Below, one piece after another: positions 23,701 to 35,800 of a DNA stretch of 64,000 nucleotides. The stretch's first letter is position 1; every line of letters begins with the position of its first letter. This stretch comes from Klebsormidium nitens. Taxonomy: Eukaryota > Plantae > Klebsormidiophyceae. A program made the position numbers and the translations under genes. Under the pieces are notes generated by a model. The model searched no databases. It had not been told where the DNA came from and worked only from the letters and a program-made list of their open reading frames with translations. The stretch is from NCBI GenBank assembly GCA_000708835.1, contig DF237310.1, positions 1 to 64,000 on the forward strand, in the 5' to 3' direction.

Positions 23701-26700
23701 CCTTGTACATCTCCATGGGCTTGAGCGCGTATCGCTCCTTCACGAGCGCCAGCGGGTTGCTCTTCTCCTTTTCGAACGGCGTCGCGAGGTGCGCTGACGT
23801 CAGCTGGCCAACCTCGAACTGGGCGAACTTGTCGACGAAGTCCTGGACCGTCACGAAGCGGTGCGGCTCCTTGCGGTACCAGTATTGCTGCAGAAGGGGG
23901 GGAAGGCCGGCGTTTTGTTGGTGTCTCCGCGAAAATCAGGTTTTCAAACGCTTGGAGCATGTATCCGGATTTGGACCGGACAACCGACCATGGAATGGCA
24001 TCCGACGGCTCAGAGGTATCCGTACCTTAGCTCAAAACTTGGAGAACTAAAATGGCGAAAGACACACCGAGACCTCTGAGAGGTTGCAGCAGGATCGGAA
24101 GCGAGGAACTTATTGTTAGGACCAGACTGGAAGTCACTTTACAAAAGAGGCACGGCTTTGTGGCACCAGTGCTGCGGTGGAGGAAGGAGACAAAGATGTA
24201 ACGGACCCCAACACTTGACATCATAATAATGGGAAGGCCTGTCGAAGCTACCTTGTAGAGTCCTGAATTGTCCTGAAAAGGAAAGTGGATCCTTGCAACG
24301 ACAGTACCAAGAACCGTTGCCTACCTTCGGCACTCTCGTCACACACTTGCGAATCCGTTTGCTTTTCTTCGTGTTCAAGATTTTCAGGTAACCAAATTTC
24401 TCGGGTTCTCAGATACTGGGTTGGCAGAGTTTGAGGATTCTGGGGTTTAAGGGTGCTGACTCACCGCCTGGTCCTTCTTGGAAGTGACCCTAAAATCCTA
24501 AAACCCTAAAAAACACCCTAAAACCTCCTGCACACTCTTCACACAACTGCGGATCCTCAGGGTTCGAGTTTTCCAGGTAAGCAAAAATCGAGTTCCGAGT
24601 TTTTGGGTTAGCAGGGTTTGAGGGTCCTGGGGTTTTAGGATGCTGACTCACCTGCTGGTCCTTCTTGGAGGTGACCTCCTGCAGGAAGTCAGCGACGCCC
24701 TTCCTCCCGGGGATCTTGAACCCGCACAGCTCGAAGAACTCGAGGACGCGCTCGCGGGGGCCAAAGTAGACCACGTGGCCCTCGGACAGCAGGCAGATCT
24801 GCGCACGCAACCAAATTCTTGTCATCTCAAGCGCAGCTCGCCGACGTGTGAAGGCAGTAACAAGCGCGTCTATGTCGAGACTCTATGCCTTGTTCTTTGA
24901 GGTATCGCAAATAGATTGCCCGACAGACCTCCTGGGAAAACTTGGGTTTGAAGAGGATGTGAGCGAAGAAACGTGTACCAGACTTTCGGCGCACTCAAGC
25001 GTCGGATGAAGCTCAGTCGCTTCTGGCAACGTCTCAACGGTCCAACACAAGGTCCTTTCATCCAGACACCCCTCTTGTTGTTTGTGACTCCTGGAAACCC
25101 CTAACCTTTAAAGCTTCATAGCAACCCAGTTCTCTGGAGATTTTTTACGATCCGCTCACGTCGTCAAAAACTTTAAAGACCTCGGAGCGGCATGCAAATG
25201 TTATTCTCGGTTCCAGTTCCTTCTTTCCACAACATACTTCTTCGGCTCCCAATAATCCTCTCATACTCCTGATCTCATACTCATGAAATCCCTACGATTC
25301 ACGGGACCGAAAAAACCGAAAGCGGCTCACGCCAGCGAAGAGCTCGAAGAAACCGAAAGCTGCTCACGTCATCGAAGAGCTCGAAGACCTCGGGCGCGGG
25401 CTGCAGGAGCGCCATGCAGACGGTGGTCTCCAGGATGTGGCAGTAGCGCTGCAGGCTCTGCACGATCTCAAAGGTCGTGCTGCTGTCCAGCCCCGTCGAG
25501 ATTTCGTCCATAAAGTGCACGTTCATCGGGCCAACCAGCATCTCGCCTGCAAGTAAGCGGGTTTATATAGAGGTTAAAAGGTGGTTACGGATTGAGTGAG
25601 GAGTGAGTCCCAGGTTAAGAAGAGCCTAATAGCGCGAAACCTGTCCAGCCCCGTCGATGCCTCTTCCATGAAGTGCACGTTCATCGGGCCCACCAGCATC
25701 TCGCCTGCAAGTAAGCGGGTTTATATAGAGGTTAAAAGGTGGTTACGGGTTGGCTGAAGGGTGAGTCCGGGGCTAAGAAGAGACTAAGTTCGCTCAAGTG
25801 TCCAGCAGCTCCGTCCAGACCTCGTGGCTGAAACGCACGTACATGGGGCCATCAGTATCTCGCCTGGTCCGGAGCGAGATTAGGAGCGAAATTAAGCCTT
25901 TCATACGTAAGGTACGTACTTGGACATTCATAACCGATGCCAGGTCTCGAGACAAGAACACGGAGAAAGGGCGAAGCGAAATAAGTCTCAACAGAGCGAT
26001 TATTAAAGACAGCAGCCAGCAACAATGCCCCACAGGGCTCCTCTTCTCTGTCTGGCTCGAGCACGCGTCCCGTCAAAGCTGAAGCAACAACTTTCGGCTT
26101 GATGATCCCCGCAACTCCTCGCAAAGCGCCATTCGTTTATTCCAGGCCAAGTTCGACAATCGTCCTCTTGACCGTCCCCGCCAAAGCGCTAGCATATCTT
26201 TTCAAGCGCTGCCCGAGACACCGAGTCCAACCAGCAGGGCCCACAAGCTCACCTGTGGTGACGCGCTTCTTCTGCCCGCCCGAAATACCGCGCAGCATCT
26301 CGTTCCCCACGATTGTATCCGCGCACACATCGAGGCCCAGCATCTTGAGGATGTAGTCCGTCATGATGTGGTGCTTGGTGCCTTCCAGCGCGCTCGCCTT
26401 GACGAACGCGTCGATCGCGGGGTCGGGAAGAACCTTCTGCTCCTTCTCGCGCCGCAGCAAGTCGCGCAGCATCTCTGCAGAAGATGAGATCAAGACGTCA
26501 GGGTTTCGGAACTTCCGGGTTGTGAGGTTCGTAAGCTTGACGGCAAGTCCTCCCTTGATGAAGCGCCTTTTACTCCTTCTCGCGTCGCAGCAGGTCGCAC
26601 AGCATCTCTATGAAAACGGCAGAAAGTCAGAAGCAGACCTTCCGAGTTTCTGAGGTTCGGAAACCAGAGCGAATGGTCCATCATAGTGGTCCTCTGTGCT

Positions 26701-29700
26701 GTCGAGCGCCTTTGGAAAGGCGGCGGATGCACCGACAGAAGACGAACTTTTGATTCGCACGCAGCATCTCTGTTGGGGGTGACGGCATCCTCGGTTGTTA
26801 TATTGGGATGACTGTACAGGTCTCAGGCTGGACAGAACCTGAGGTGATTCTCAGGGCTGTCAAAGCGGCTGGAAATCCCGTAGACGTGCACAAGAATTGT
26901 GACATCTGAAACAGATTCCAATTCTTCAGGTTTATACCAAGTCAGTCGCTCCCTTACGACTATGTTATCAGCCGAGGTTCAGGACCTGTCACTTCGTGCC
27001 AACAATTAAGGCATCCCCTACTTTTGGAAATGAATACGAAGCATGCTGGAATTCGTTACTCACTTTCTCTGGCCCCTGCGCCCTGGATGCGCGCCGAAAA
27101 GTCGAACGTCTCACGAACGGTCAGCTCTCCAATGTGCGTGTCCGTCTGGGCGACGTAGCTCGCGGTGCGCCGCGCCACAAACTCGTCGAACGTGTGCCCG
27201 TTGTACGTCACAGATCCGGTCGATGTCACGCCGCTGCAGAAATTGGAACCTTACTATCAACACGGAGACCTGGAATTTTTCCATCCCAAAAGCATCGGCA
27301 ACATCTGAAGTTCTCCGTTCTCGACAGGTTTCTTAACAGAGTGCTCAGCATGATGTTCTAGACCCTTTTCATATGAGCGGCTCCCCAACGGGGCAACAGC
27401 AGATTGCAGACTACGTAGCTTTCGCCAATGAGAGCACCGACCAGGCGTCGTCAGCAGCGCTATGAAGCAGAACTTCCACTTTTTACCCTTTTCAGTTAGC
27501 CCCAGAAAGATAATCTTTATGACCACTTTCGGGCCCTTTCAAACCTCTTGAGCGAAGGTAAAGAGCTCCAGCTCATCCCATGATGCTCTTACAGAGCACC
27601 AACAGCAGTGGAGCTCTTTCCAACTGCAGCCTGGATCTTACTTGATTCTCTCTCGCACACTTCCTTCATTTGAAAAGCGAGGGCAGAAAATTCTCACCCC
27701 GCGAGGCGGCCCGAAAGCGCCAGCAGCAGTGTGGTCTTGCCGCAGCCTGGGGGGCCCAGGAGGAGCGTCATACGGCCTGGCTTGACGACCCCGCTCACGT
27801 TCTTGAGCACGGGGAAGGGCTCCTTCTTCGTCAGGTTTGCGCCACACATGCCCAGGACGCCCTGAGGATATCAGGAGACCAGTAAGTAACTTGCAACGGC
27901 TGCTTGACGAGACGGCGTTTGGAGGGTTTGTGCTCGATATTGATCCTCGCGAGATGATACTCCGAGCTCGGAAAGCAAGCCAGTTTTGCGCCACAGTTAC
28001 AAAGAGGGTATTGAAGAAAAGTACATGAGAGCTGATGGAGAGAAAGCTGCTCTGGGCAGTGAACATTTGATCTGAACACTAGGTAGAAAAGGCTCTTGTT
28101 GGTTCTATGCAACAGCTCATGTTAAGCGGCCCACTTCGAGCAGAGGCCTGACATAGGACGGACTCTGGAATCCGAAAAACCCTCAGAAGAGGACATGATG
28201 GGTAGAGACAAGACATGACAGGACTTCTCAAGCATATACAAAGTTCTGGCTGAGAATGGTGGATTAGAATGTAAGAATAAGCTTGACTCAAACGCTCGTG
28301 ACACACTTGCAAGCGACGACACGACCAGCTTCAACGAGCGGCACTCCAAAACTCTCTTATATTTAATCAAGCAACAGCCTGCTAGAAGGGCGACGCCCAT
28401 CAGAAGAAGCAACAGCGAGACCAATACGACGAGTTGCTCACGTCAAAAAAGCTGATGACGGAGTTGGGCAGTGTGGGCAGATTGTTAGCGCCCATGAGCA
28501 CTTTGGCGTCCACCGTCAGATTCTGGAAGCGGACTTCCACCGAGGGCTGGGGGATGCCAACCCTGCATCAAAATTCACACCACCAAAAGCATGAGTCCCG
28601 ACTTTTGACTTGGGGTCGTTTGGGGTTAACTCTCTCTGCTGAGACTTTGTGTTGTATTAGCTCTTTGCTAAGAAGAGTACTGCTGCAAGACACGTTCTGG
28701 AAAGTATGGAGGATTCGACATAGAAATCTGATGGCCTTATTCAAGCACAGTCTACTGCAAGGGTCTCGCTGTAAATCGAGTCAAGGGTCTGACTGAGCAG
28801 TCGCATGGCGCCATGCTAAGTTGACCAAGAAAAAATGGATTGTCAAGGATAGACTTGGTGCGCATACCTGTCAAACCGGTCCCTGAGATTCTGCAGCCAC
28901 ATGTAGCCGGCGCGCTCGACGGCCTTGAGGCGCAACTCCTGGTTGTTGGCGATGTCTTGGATGTCCACCGTCTTGAAGCGGCCTGGGGAGCAGAATAGCA
29001 ATGGTTGGTTAGGTTTCGTCCTTAAGGTTCTGACCGAGGGAAACCTGGTTAAGAAGCTGTTTAGACCCAAGTTATTGGTCATCAGCAATGTCCTGAATGT
29101 TCCAAACTTGAAGCGGCCTGGGAGGGAAAGGATGCGAACGTTCCTTAGGCTCGGATCTAGAATGTTTTGAACGCTGGAAAATTTAGTTAAGAAGCGGGTC
29201 CTATTTAGAACCAGGTTGTCGGCAATGTCCTCGATGATCACCGCCTGGATGGGCGAATCCTAAGAGGCTGGTTAGGCGTTGTTGTTAAGGTTCTGACCAG
29301 AAAGAAACCTGGTTAAGCAGCTGTTCTAGAACCGGGTTATTGTCGGCCTGGACATCCGGATTTTTCGGCGGCCTAGCGGGCGGACACAAGGGCTACCTAG
29401 GCTCGAATCTAAATGGTCTGACCAAGTGGAAACCTGGTTAAAAAGCCATTCAGAACCAGGTTGTTGGCCTGTCCTGGATATTCACGGTTATCGAGCGGCC
29501 TGGGGGGTGCAGTTACGAAGGTTGCTGAGGCTTGGTTTTGAGAGGTTTAACCAGGAGTGAACCTGTTAAGAAGGTGCGGCTCCTGTTTAAAGACAGTTAC
29601 TGGCCAAGTCGCGAATAGAAACCATTTAATAAAGCGGCCTGTCGGGGCAGGGAATCAATCGACGTAAGAACTGACCTAGGACTGAAGGCAATGGAATGCG

Positions 29701-30176
29701 CTATGAAGTTGAAACCGAATTCTCTTCAGCAGTGCTGTCAAAAGGTGGCTCAAGCAAACTACCAACGCAACATTTTTGTCCATTGAAAGAACACCTGGAC
29801 AGCTCTCAGATTGTGCCCTGTCTCTACTACGGAGACCGCATAAGCACAGGCTTAATGTGCGTTTGCCTTGGGACTCATTTCAAAAACCAAAGCTTTCTTG
29901 AGATGGGTTTAGAAACTCTGAACATGGACCATCATCTCCCTCAGATAATAGAGCAAACATCAGCACCCCCGCCGGAAGTGAAACAAGGCCACCTCAGCAT
30001 GTGAGAAGAAAGAACCCATGACTGACCAGAAGACGGCACGAGGTACTTACCCGTCGTCTCGTCCACAGTGAGCGCCTCCGAGGCCTCGTCATAGTGCTCG
30101 AGGACGGACGTTCTTAACCGGATGTTGGTCGGCTGTGACTCCAGCTGGGCCCAGACATGGTCGGCGCCAGACTTGT
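11752..30176 (-). CDS. PDR: Full-size pleiotropic drug resistance (PDR/ABCG) transporter, more than 1500 aa, 5' end not located
   Basis: 26 exons: 30176-30051, 28982-28868, 28562-28442, 27861-27698, 27233-27064, 26474-26253, 25546-25368, 24798-24652, 23887-23633, 23203-23054, 22297-21970, 21510-21471, 20367-20135, 19672-19481, 18879-18638, 18148-17947, 17711-17530, 17197-17029, 16401-16065, 15687-15434, 14622-14477, 14103-14081, 13777-13580, 13188-13155, 12598-12450, 11875-11752 (4502 nt = 2 nt + 1500 codons including the stop). NBD1 has [22 protein letters not shown] and [13 protein letters not shown]2 has [37 protein letters not shown] and [15 protein letters not shown]. There are two TMDs. 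Confidence 0.95.
14560..14920 (-). repeat. ~90-bp tandem array spanning the acceptor of PDR exon 14622-14477
   Basis: Four copies (one functional) of tttgggcgttattca...gagcgcccatgactgc. Confidence 0.85.
15790..16720 (-). repeat. Echo copies of both ends of PDR exon 16401-16065
   Basis: Donor-side copies lie near 15790-15830 and 15898-15990 (gttgccacgtggc...cactcactgga). Acceptor-side copies lie near 16503-16565 and 16646-16705. A separate near-perfect 29-bp tandem duplication is at 16728-16784. Confidence 0.85.
20562..20761. mobile_element. MITE-like element, about 200 bp, in a PDR intron
   Basis: Perfect 33-bp inverted repeat tcgtgtcaaaacatgtgtgcaagggcgtccgga (20562-20594) / tccggacgcccttgcacacatgttttgacacga (20729-20761), extending imperfectly inward. 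There is an internal direct repeat aaccggccaccagcccccc (two copies). No clear TSD was found. Confidence 0.75.
24488..24525 (+). repeat. Interstitial telomere-like (CCCTAAAA)n tract
   Basis: The sequence reads ccctaaaa tcctaaaa ccctaaaa aaca ccctaaaa, the reverse complement of TTTTAGGG units. Confidence 0.55.
25641..25870 (-). repeat. Duplicated acceptor end of PDR exon 25546-25368
   Basis: 25641-25790 is a close copy of the exon start plus ~75 nt of upstream intron. A third, more diverged copy is at 25797-25870. Confidence 0.9.
28970..29650 (-). repeat. ~130-bp minisatellite derived from the acceptor end of PDR exon 28982-28868
   Basis: A gcggcctg-like anchor recurs near 28978, 29114, 29243, 29368, 29495 and 29635. 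The units share aaacctggttaag and gaaccaggttgt. Confidence 0.85.
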
Positions 30177-32803
30177 CTGCAAAGGGGTGGGAGCAACAAA
30201 TCAGTCCTGCGCAAGCTTCAAGTGCATAAATCCCCCGTTCTAGTTTCCTGTAAGCTGTATGCAGGACAAAAACTTGCCTGGCAGCCAACGGACTCAACTC
30301 TCAAGAGTCCGAGCAACAGATGCTAGGTTTTTTGTAAGCAAGCTTTCGTTGATTCATCCGACAGCAGAAGCCTCTTCATCATTTCTACTCGTCCCCCTTT
30401 TTCAACATTCTTCTTGACACATAGTTTAATAGACCAACAAGTCTATTGAACCGGGGGAAATGTTTCTGTGAACTGCTCCTCAAGAACTTGTCCAGACAGA
30501 AGCCTCGACTTCTGCAATCAACACCGTGCACGCTGAAGGCGCAAGTGCGTTGATCATAGCCCACCTTGGGAGAGCTTGCTTGCAGATTGCTCAAAAGGGG
30601 TGACGTTCGGAACCCCTCCATGAGCTGCAAGTCCCCCGATGTGGCTCTTGGGCTTTGTGGTAGGGGCCGAAGCCCCTTCCGGCTTGTTGTCGGCCATTCG
30701 CTCTCAGAGGTGATTGAAGAAGCTGACTCAAGCTGAGGCCGCAACACGTGGTGGGGGTATAGTGCTCTGTGGAGCAGAGAGGCAGCAATGAATGGTGGGG
30801 ATGGTGAAACGGTTGTAGAGCACAAAGATTGCTAGAGACTGATGAGCCTGTATAGGTTCATCAGGTTCATCAGTTCATCAGACCTATAGACGCAAATTAA
30901 AACAGCTAGGAACAACAAAGCCGACAGATCTCTAGGATATATGTCATGAAGTTGGACCTCTTCTTTCCTTTGTTGGTCAGACTTGCAACTTACAACCCAC
31001 TTTCTTCAGCAAACAATAACAAAGTTTCAATACTGATTTCAAAACAAAGGACACCCACTTTTCAAGCGACTCTGAAAGGGATCAGCGCGAGTGAAAGATC
31101 AGCACGGATTCCTACCACTCTGGCTTTTGTGCTGCCTGTGCAGGAGGACAGCTTAACATCGGAGGCATCAATGTGGCAGAAGGATAATGCAAAATACATT
31201 CATTGAAGCAGAAAGACCACACAAGAAGATACGCGAGGACTGTACAGACATCAGGAAGTGCGCTTTACAAGCAAGCACTGGAGTTCTAAAAGACCAATAA
31301 GTGTGCACTGTGTTCTGAGCTTGTCGGTCAGCCGCATACACAATGTGACTCACCAGCTACTCCACACTTGAGTGCGAGTTGAGATGACCTTTGAAACGAG
31401 GAGACTTTCGACTATGATCTTTCTCTGGGCCGCATTAAGGGCCAGCTACAACCTGCGCTGCAGCTACCACACAATGACACCCAAGGAGAAGAGCGCGTTG
31501 ACAGGCTGCCCTCTAGTCAGTGCCTTCCCGCACTAGTGTCCCGGTAGAAGTCTAAAGGGCATCAGAGACGCCCTTCCACTAGACAATGCAACAAAGCAGC
31601 ATCACGAGTCTTGGCGTCTAAGTTCTACTTCTAAGTTCTAGAGCTGAGGAGATGAATCCGAGGAGCAAGAATTCCGATGTCACGATCAGAGGTTGCCGCT
31701 GCAGAGATAGCACTGTTAGCAGCACCACTGCAGCTACAGATGTCCACAGCTTTTCCGTAGCTTCAAGTAGACTCGGGACTCTAGAGATTAGAGTCAACTC
31801 TGGTGAACTCTGGGCCAATCATGTGGCGGACATTGTTGAAATGTTTGAGCGGCCGAAGTTTCTCAGCTGCGAAAACTCCAGGCTTCATGGTGATGCCATC
31901 GCATCGAGTCGATGTCAGACTACTGTGTTTGTACGAAAATGGCACCACTTTAAAAACCGAAAAGTCTGGGCTCAAATCTGGTAGCAGTCGGGCTTTTGTG
32001 ATCACCTGTTTGCAAACTAATTTTTATAACCCAGAACGGTGTCAGAACAATTGCAGTCTTGCACTATCGACGTCGACGACTTGGAGTCGGACATCGAAGA
32101 TGTTTTCAGTTGCTTCACGAATCACGATGCCATGGCCGATTCGAGAAGGGCCGAGTGTACGTCACTTTTTACGGCCCGCACAATCATAAGGGCGACGCGT
32201 GGCACAAGTGCGTCACCTGAGGTTCTTCGAGTACTTTTAGCCGGGACATTATTACCGGCTGGTAGAAAACAAAGCTTAGCGGACGTCGAGGTCTGGGCTA
32301 CCAGCCGGTAGAAGTACCTAGTACCAGTCCCCGACTTCCCTGGTCAACTTTAGCAATGATTAGATGATTGGCAGACGTCAGTGTCAACGGCGGTCCAATG
32401 CGAAACTGTCAGACAGCCAAATTCGGAGAACCGTCGACGGTGCAACTTGATTGACATCGACGATCTTAAAGAGCTATGAGGTTCGAGCTGATTGCTGGTA
32501 CACCTTCAACTGTTCGATTGCGAATCGACGGCTCTGCAATGCACATCTTCTACGACTTGACATCAAACATTCCATCTAGACGAGTTCGATCTCGCCCTAG
32601 TTGTTGCTGCGCTCCTGCCTCAGGCTAGGGCACATTTGATTCCCCCATCAATATGTCATTCAAATTGACTTCACCTGTGTGGCGGTGACAGGGGAGAAGA
32701 GGCACGAATACAGTATGCTGTAAGAAAAGCAAGTTCTATTGCACTTGCTCATAATTATGAGGGGTGAGCGCAGCGCTCTCTGATCACTTCCCCATCTGGC
32801 AAC

Positions 32804-35800
32804 ATGGCGGGAATAGCCAACGGTGCCGAGGCCTCCGACTCTCCTTCAGCGAATGCGTCCAATCAAACAGAACCGAAACAATCAGAGGCCCCTACGCCAG
32901 CTCCAAAGCCTATACAGTTCCCTGGTGCGTTTGAAAGTCAAGAGTATTCTGTCCTTAGCAAACTGTCCGTAGCTTTAAACAAGGGTGTCACACATGATGA
33001 GGGCAGCTTTAACATATGCTTCTGGATCTACCTTGTCAAGAACACGGGAGCTGGGGTGGTCATCCGGCAGGTGAGAGGGGGCTTTCGCTTTCAATCTGGT
33101 GCATTAGAGTACAACTGGAACACTGCGATTTCTCAGACAAAGTCAGCTGGCTTCATTGCGTCCATTTTAGCACGATCCTCCCAGGGTGCCATACTTTGTC
33201 GTCTTGGAGTTTTCTCCTCAAAATCCAAACTCGTTCAATTCAGTAGGCCCCTTCAATTCTGCCAGAGCGGTTAGATTGACAATTTGCCGCAAAGGATGTT
33301 ACAAGGTTCTTCCTTTCAGAGACTCGCTGTGCTGCTGAATTCTTCGATGCATTCGACGCCTTGCAATGTGCAATCCTTTTTGGCGATGGTGTTAAAACAA
33401 AACCTGGCACCCTCAGCTACACTTTTGTTTCAAGCACAACATGAAAGTCAGACTGGGGCTTAAGTGACGTACTGAATGTGTACCACATGCGTACGCCCCG
33501 CTTGCAGAGCCTGCAGGTCTTCCCCACTTGACAGTGATTTCGAAAGGAGCGTTGCCTGCAATTCCTCTCTTCACTGTGCACTCCATCATTTAGCAGCTGA
33601 CAGACGGTGCATGTCTTTCGCCCCTTCTTACAAATTTGATTGCCCCCCCGTCAAATATTTGCAGGGCCGCCCCCGCGCCCTCTCCGCCATTCCGTTCATC
33701 ACCTTGGACAATGAGCGCAAGCTTACGCTCCACCCGCTCCCTCCCCCCCCTCTCACAAGCGCCCCTGCGGATTTTTCCCTTTCAAGCAATGCCACTCTGA
33801 CCTCCGACATTGCTTGCCCCCTTGAAAAATGGATCCACGTCGGGGCTGAGGTGAGCATTCCACTGCCCTGATGTCAGACAAACATATAGGACAAGTACGC
33901 AGAATACCCGCAGGCCTTCGGTTGGGGTCTCGACGAGCGGAAGGGCATTGGCGTCTGTTCGTAGTGAACTGTGCCTTCGAGACCAGTTGGCAATGCCGCT
34001 TTTCCTCACTTTAAGGACTCTTAGATAAATGTATAGTGATCAAGGGCGCTCAGCCAATTTATAAAGCGTTTGGACAAGTTGCCCGGCCCTCTTTGAAGCG
34101 AAGGTGCTAGGCAGATCAGCCTTGCTTTTACCCTTCAACGTACGGTCTGGTTTGTAGAGTCCAACCAAGATTACTCGGAGACAGAGACCAGGTCAAACGT
34201 GGGCCCTTCTGTGAGGATCCTCCTCTATTCCCAACCACCTACCCTTTGCAGATGTTAGCCGCTGAGTAAAACCTGTTGTTACAAGGCATCATGCCTTCGT
34301 TAGGTCCCACCATACCGGTCGAATCGATGCCCTCCCCCCCTTCCACCTCAATGCCTCTTGTGTCGCACTTCCATAACACTTCTCACGTTGGAATGTGTTA
34401 TCTAACATGATGAACATTTGTTTCAATCAAATTGGCAGGTCGGACCAAACTTGGCGCGGCTCCATATCGATACCGTAGTGGTGGCTCAGAAAGAGATTCC
34501 GGCAGACGGGGGTGGCGTGGGGGGAGATGCAGGCCCTGTGCTGCTGTCGGGGGGGGACGGCTCCCCCTCGGGGGGTTCCGTCCAGGCGTATGCGCACTTC
34601 GTCAGGTTGTTGCGGACGCCGGAGGTGACCCAGCACTATGTAAAGGTAGGCGCGTGTGCGAACCTTTGTCGGTAATCTGACTTGAAGGTTGTTGTTCCTC
34701 TGGGTTACAATGTTGGGTGTCCTCATGCGAGCGTAACTCTCCAAAAGTTGATGTCAGTAGCAAGGTGGGAGATGTTGATGAGACCTGGCAAACAATTCGG
34801 GAGCTGGCCCGCACTCATATAAGCAGCGATTTGACTTGCCTAAATGCCAAACAGAAACATTTTCGGTGAGCACCCGGCAGGCTATCTATTCAATGAAGGC
34901 CCATCATACCGGCGCCCCTGTTTACACGTTCCAATTAAGAGCCAGCGTGAGCGGTAAGAAAAAAGGGAACCGTTACTCCACCTTTCGTGCTGAGTTGAGT
35001 TCCTTCCATCTACTCTCAATGAACGTCAGTGGGAGGACGAAAGTCCGAGTCTGTCTGCTTCTGACGCCGATGGTTCAAAGCATCAGACCCCATAACGCGA
35101 GGGCTCTGCGGTGACATACTATTCTCCGTGGCAACAACGAACGGAGTCCTCAAAAAGTATTCTTCGCCCAGGATTTCTCACGCATGACCTTTTTGAACCT
35201 GGCAGCGTTGTTTGCGATAGTCCCTTTTCTTGCAGCCACAGCAACCGTGTTCCTGCCTTTCTCTATCTTCGCAAGCCAGTACTTCCAAAAAGTGAAGTAT
35301 CGACTCTACGTTTTTCAATCTTGGAGAAGATTGGAACGGAGGCTTCCTTTGCCTCTGCAGAACCCTCCGCTCGAGCTGACCTTGGACACGTCGGAGACCG
35401 GCGAGGGGGACGACAACGAGATCGAGGTCTCGTCGGACGGCATCTGGAGCGTGGTCGGCGGGAAGGTGAGCCGCTTCAAAGATTCACGACGATTAGTTTG
35501 ACAGCCGTGACTATTAGTACTCGAATCACGGCTCAGCGCTTATTGAGACCCTCAGCCTTTTTAAGACTATCCGAGATTTCCAACTCCGATGTTCATTATT
35601 GGAGCACATTTTGTATTCCAGGTTTCTTACCCGCTTGTATCCGGTCACCCGCTTCTGATAAGATTCCGGTTCTTTTTGCAGGCATCATGTCGGCGGAACT
35701 TCAACTTGGAGGTCGCTCTGATGGACGCGCTGGGAAGGCCGGTCCACCGAGAGATCGATGTGAGTACCGCTTCCTGTGTGGCGACCAAGAGCTGGGGCGG

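Noticed and set aside
25641-25790. Echo copies as assembly artefacts
   Set aside because: The copies differ by many substitutions and indels, with a CpG-decay bias, which is not expected from mis-joined identical reads. Long reads would settle it.
28970-29650. Regularly spaced repeats as a CRISPR array (also 58331-58700 and 36790-37200)
   Set aside because: The whole unit, including the 'spacer', is homologous between copies and derives from an exon-intron junction. The context is eukaryotic and there are no cas genes.
30385-30825. 146-aa ORF as the PDR first exon
   Set aside because: Its plausible donor is in phase 0 whereas phase 1 is required, and it shows no PDR N-terminal similarity.
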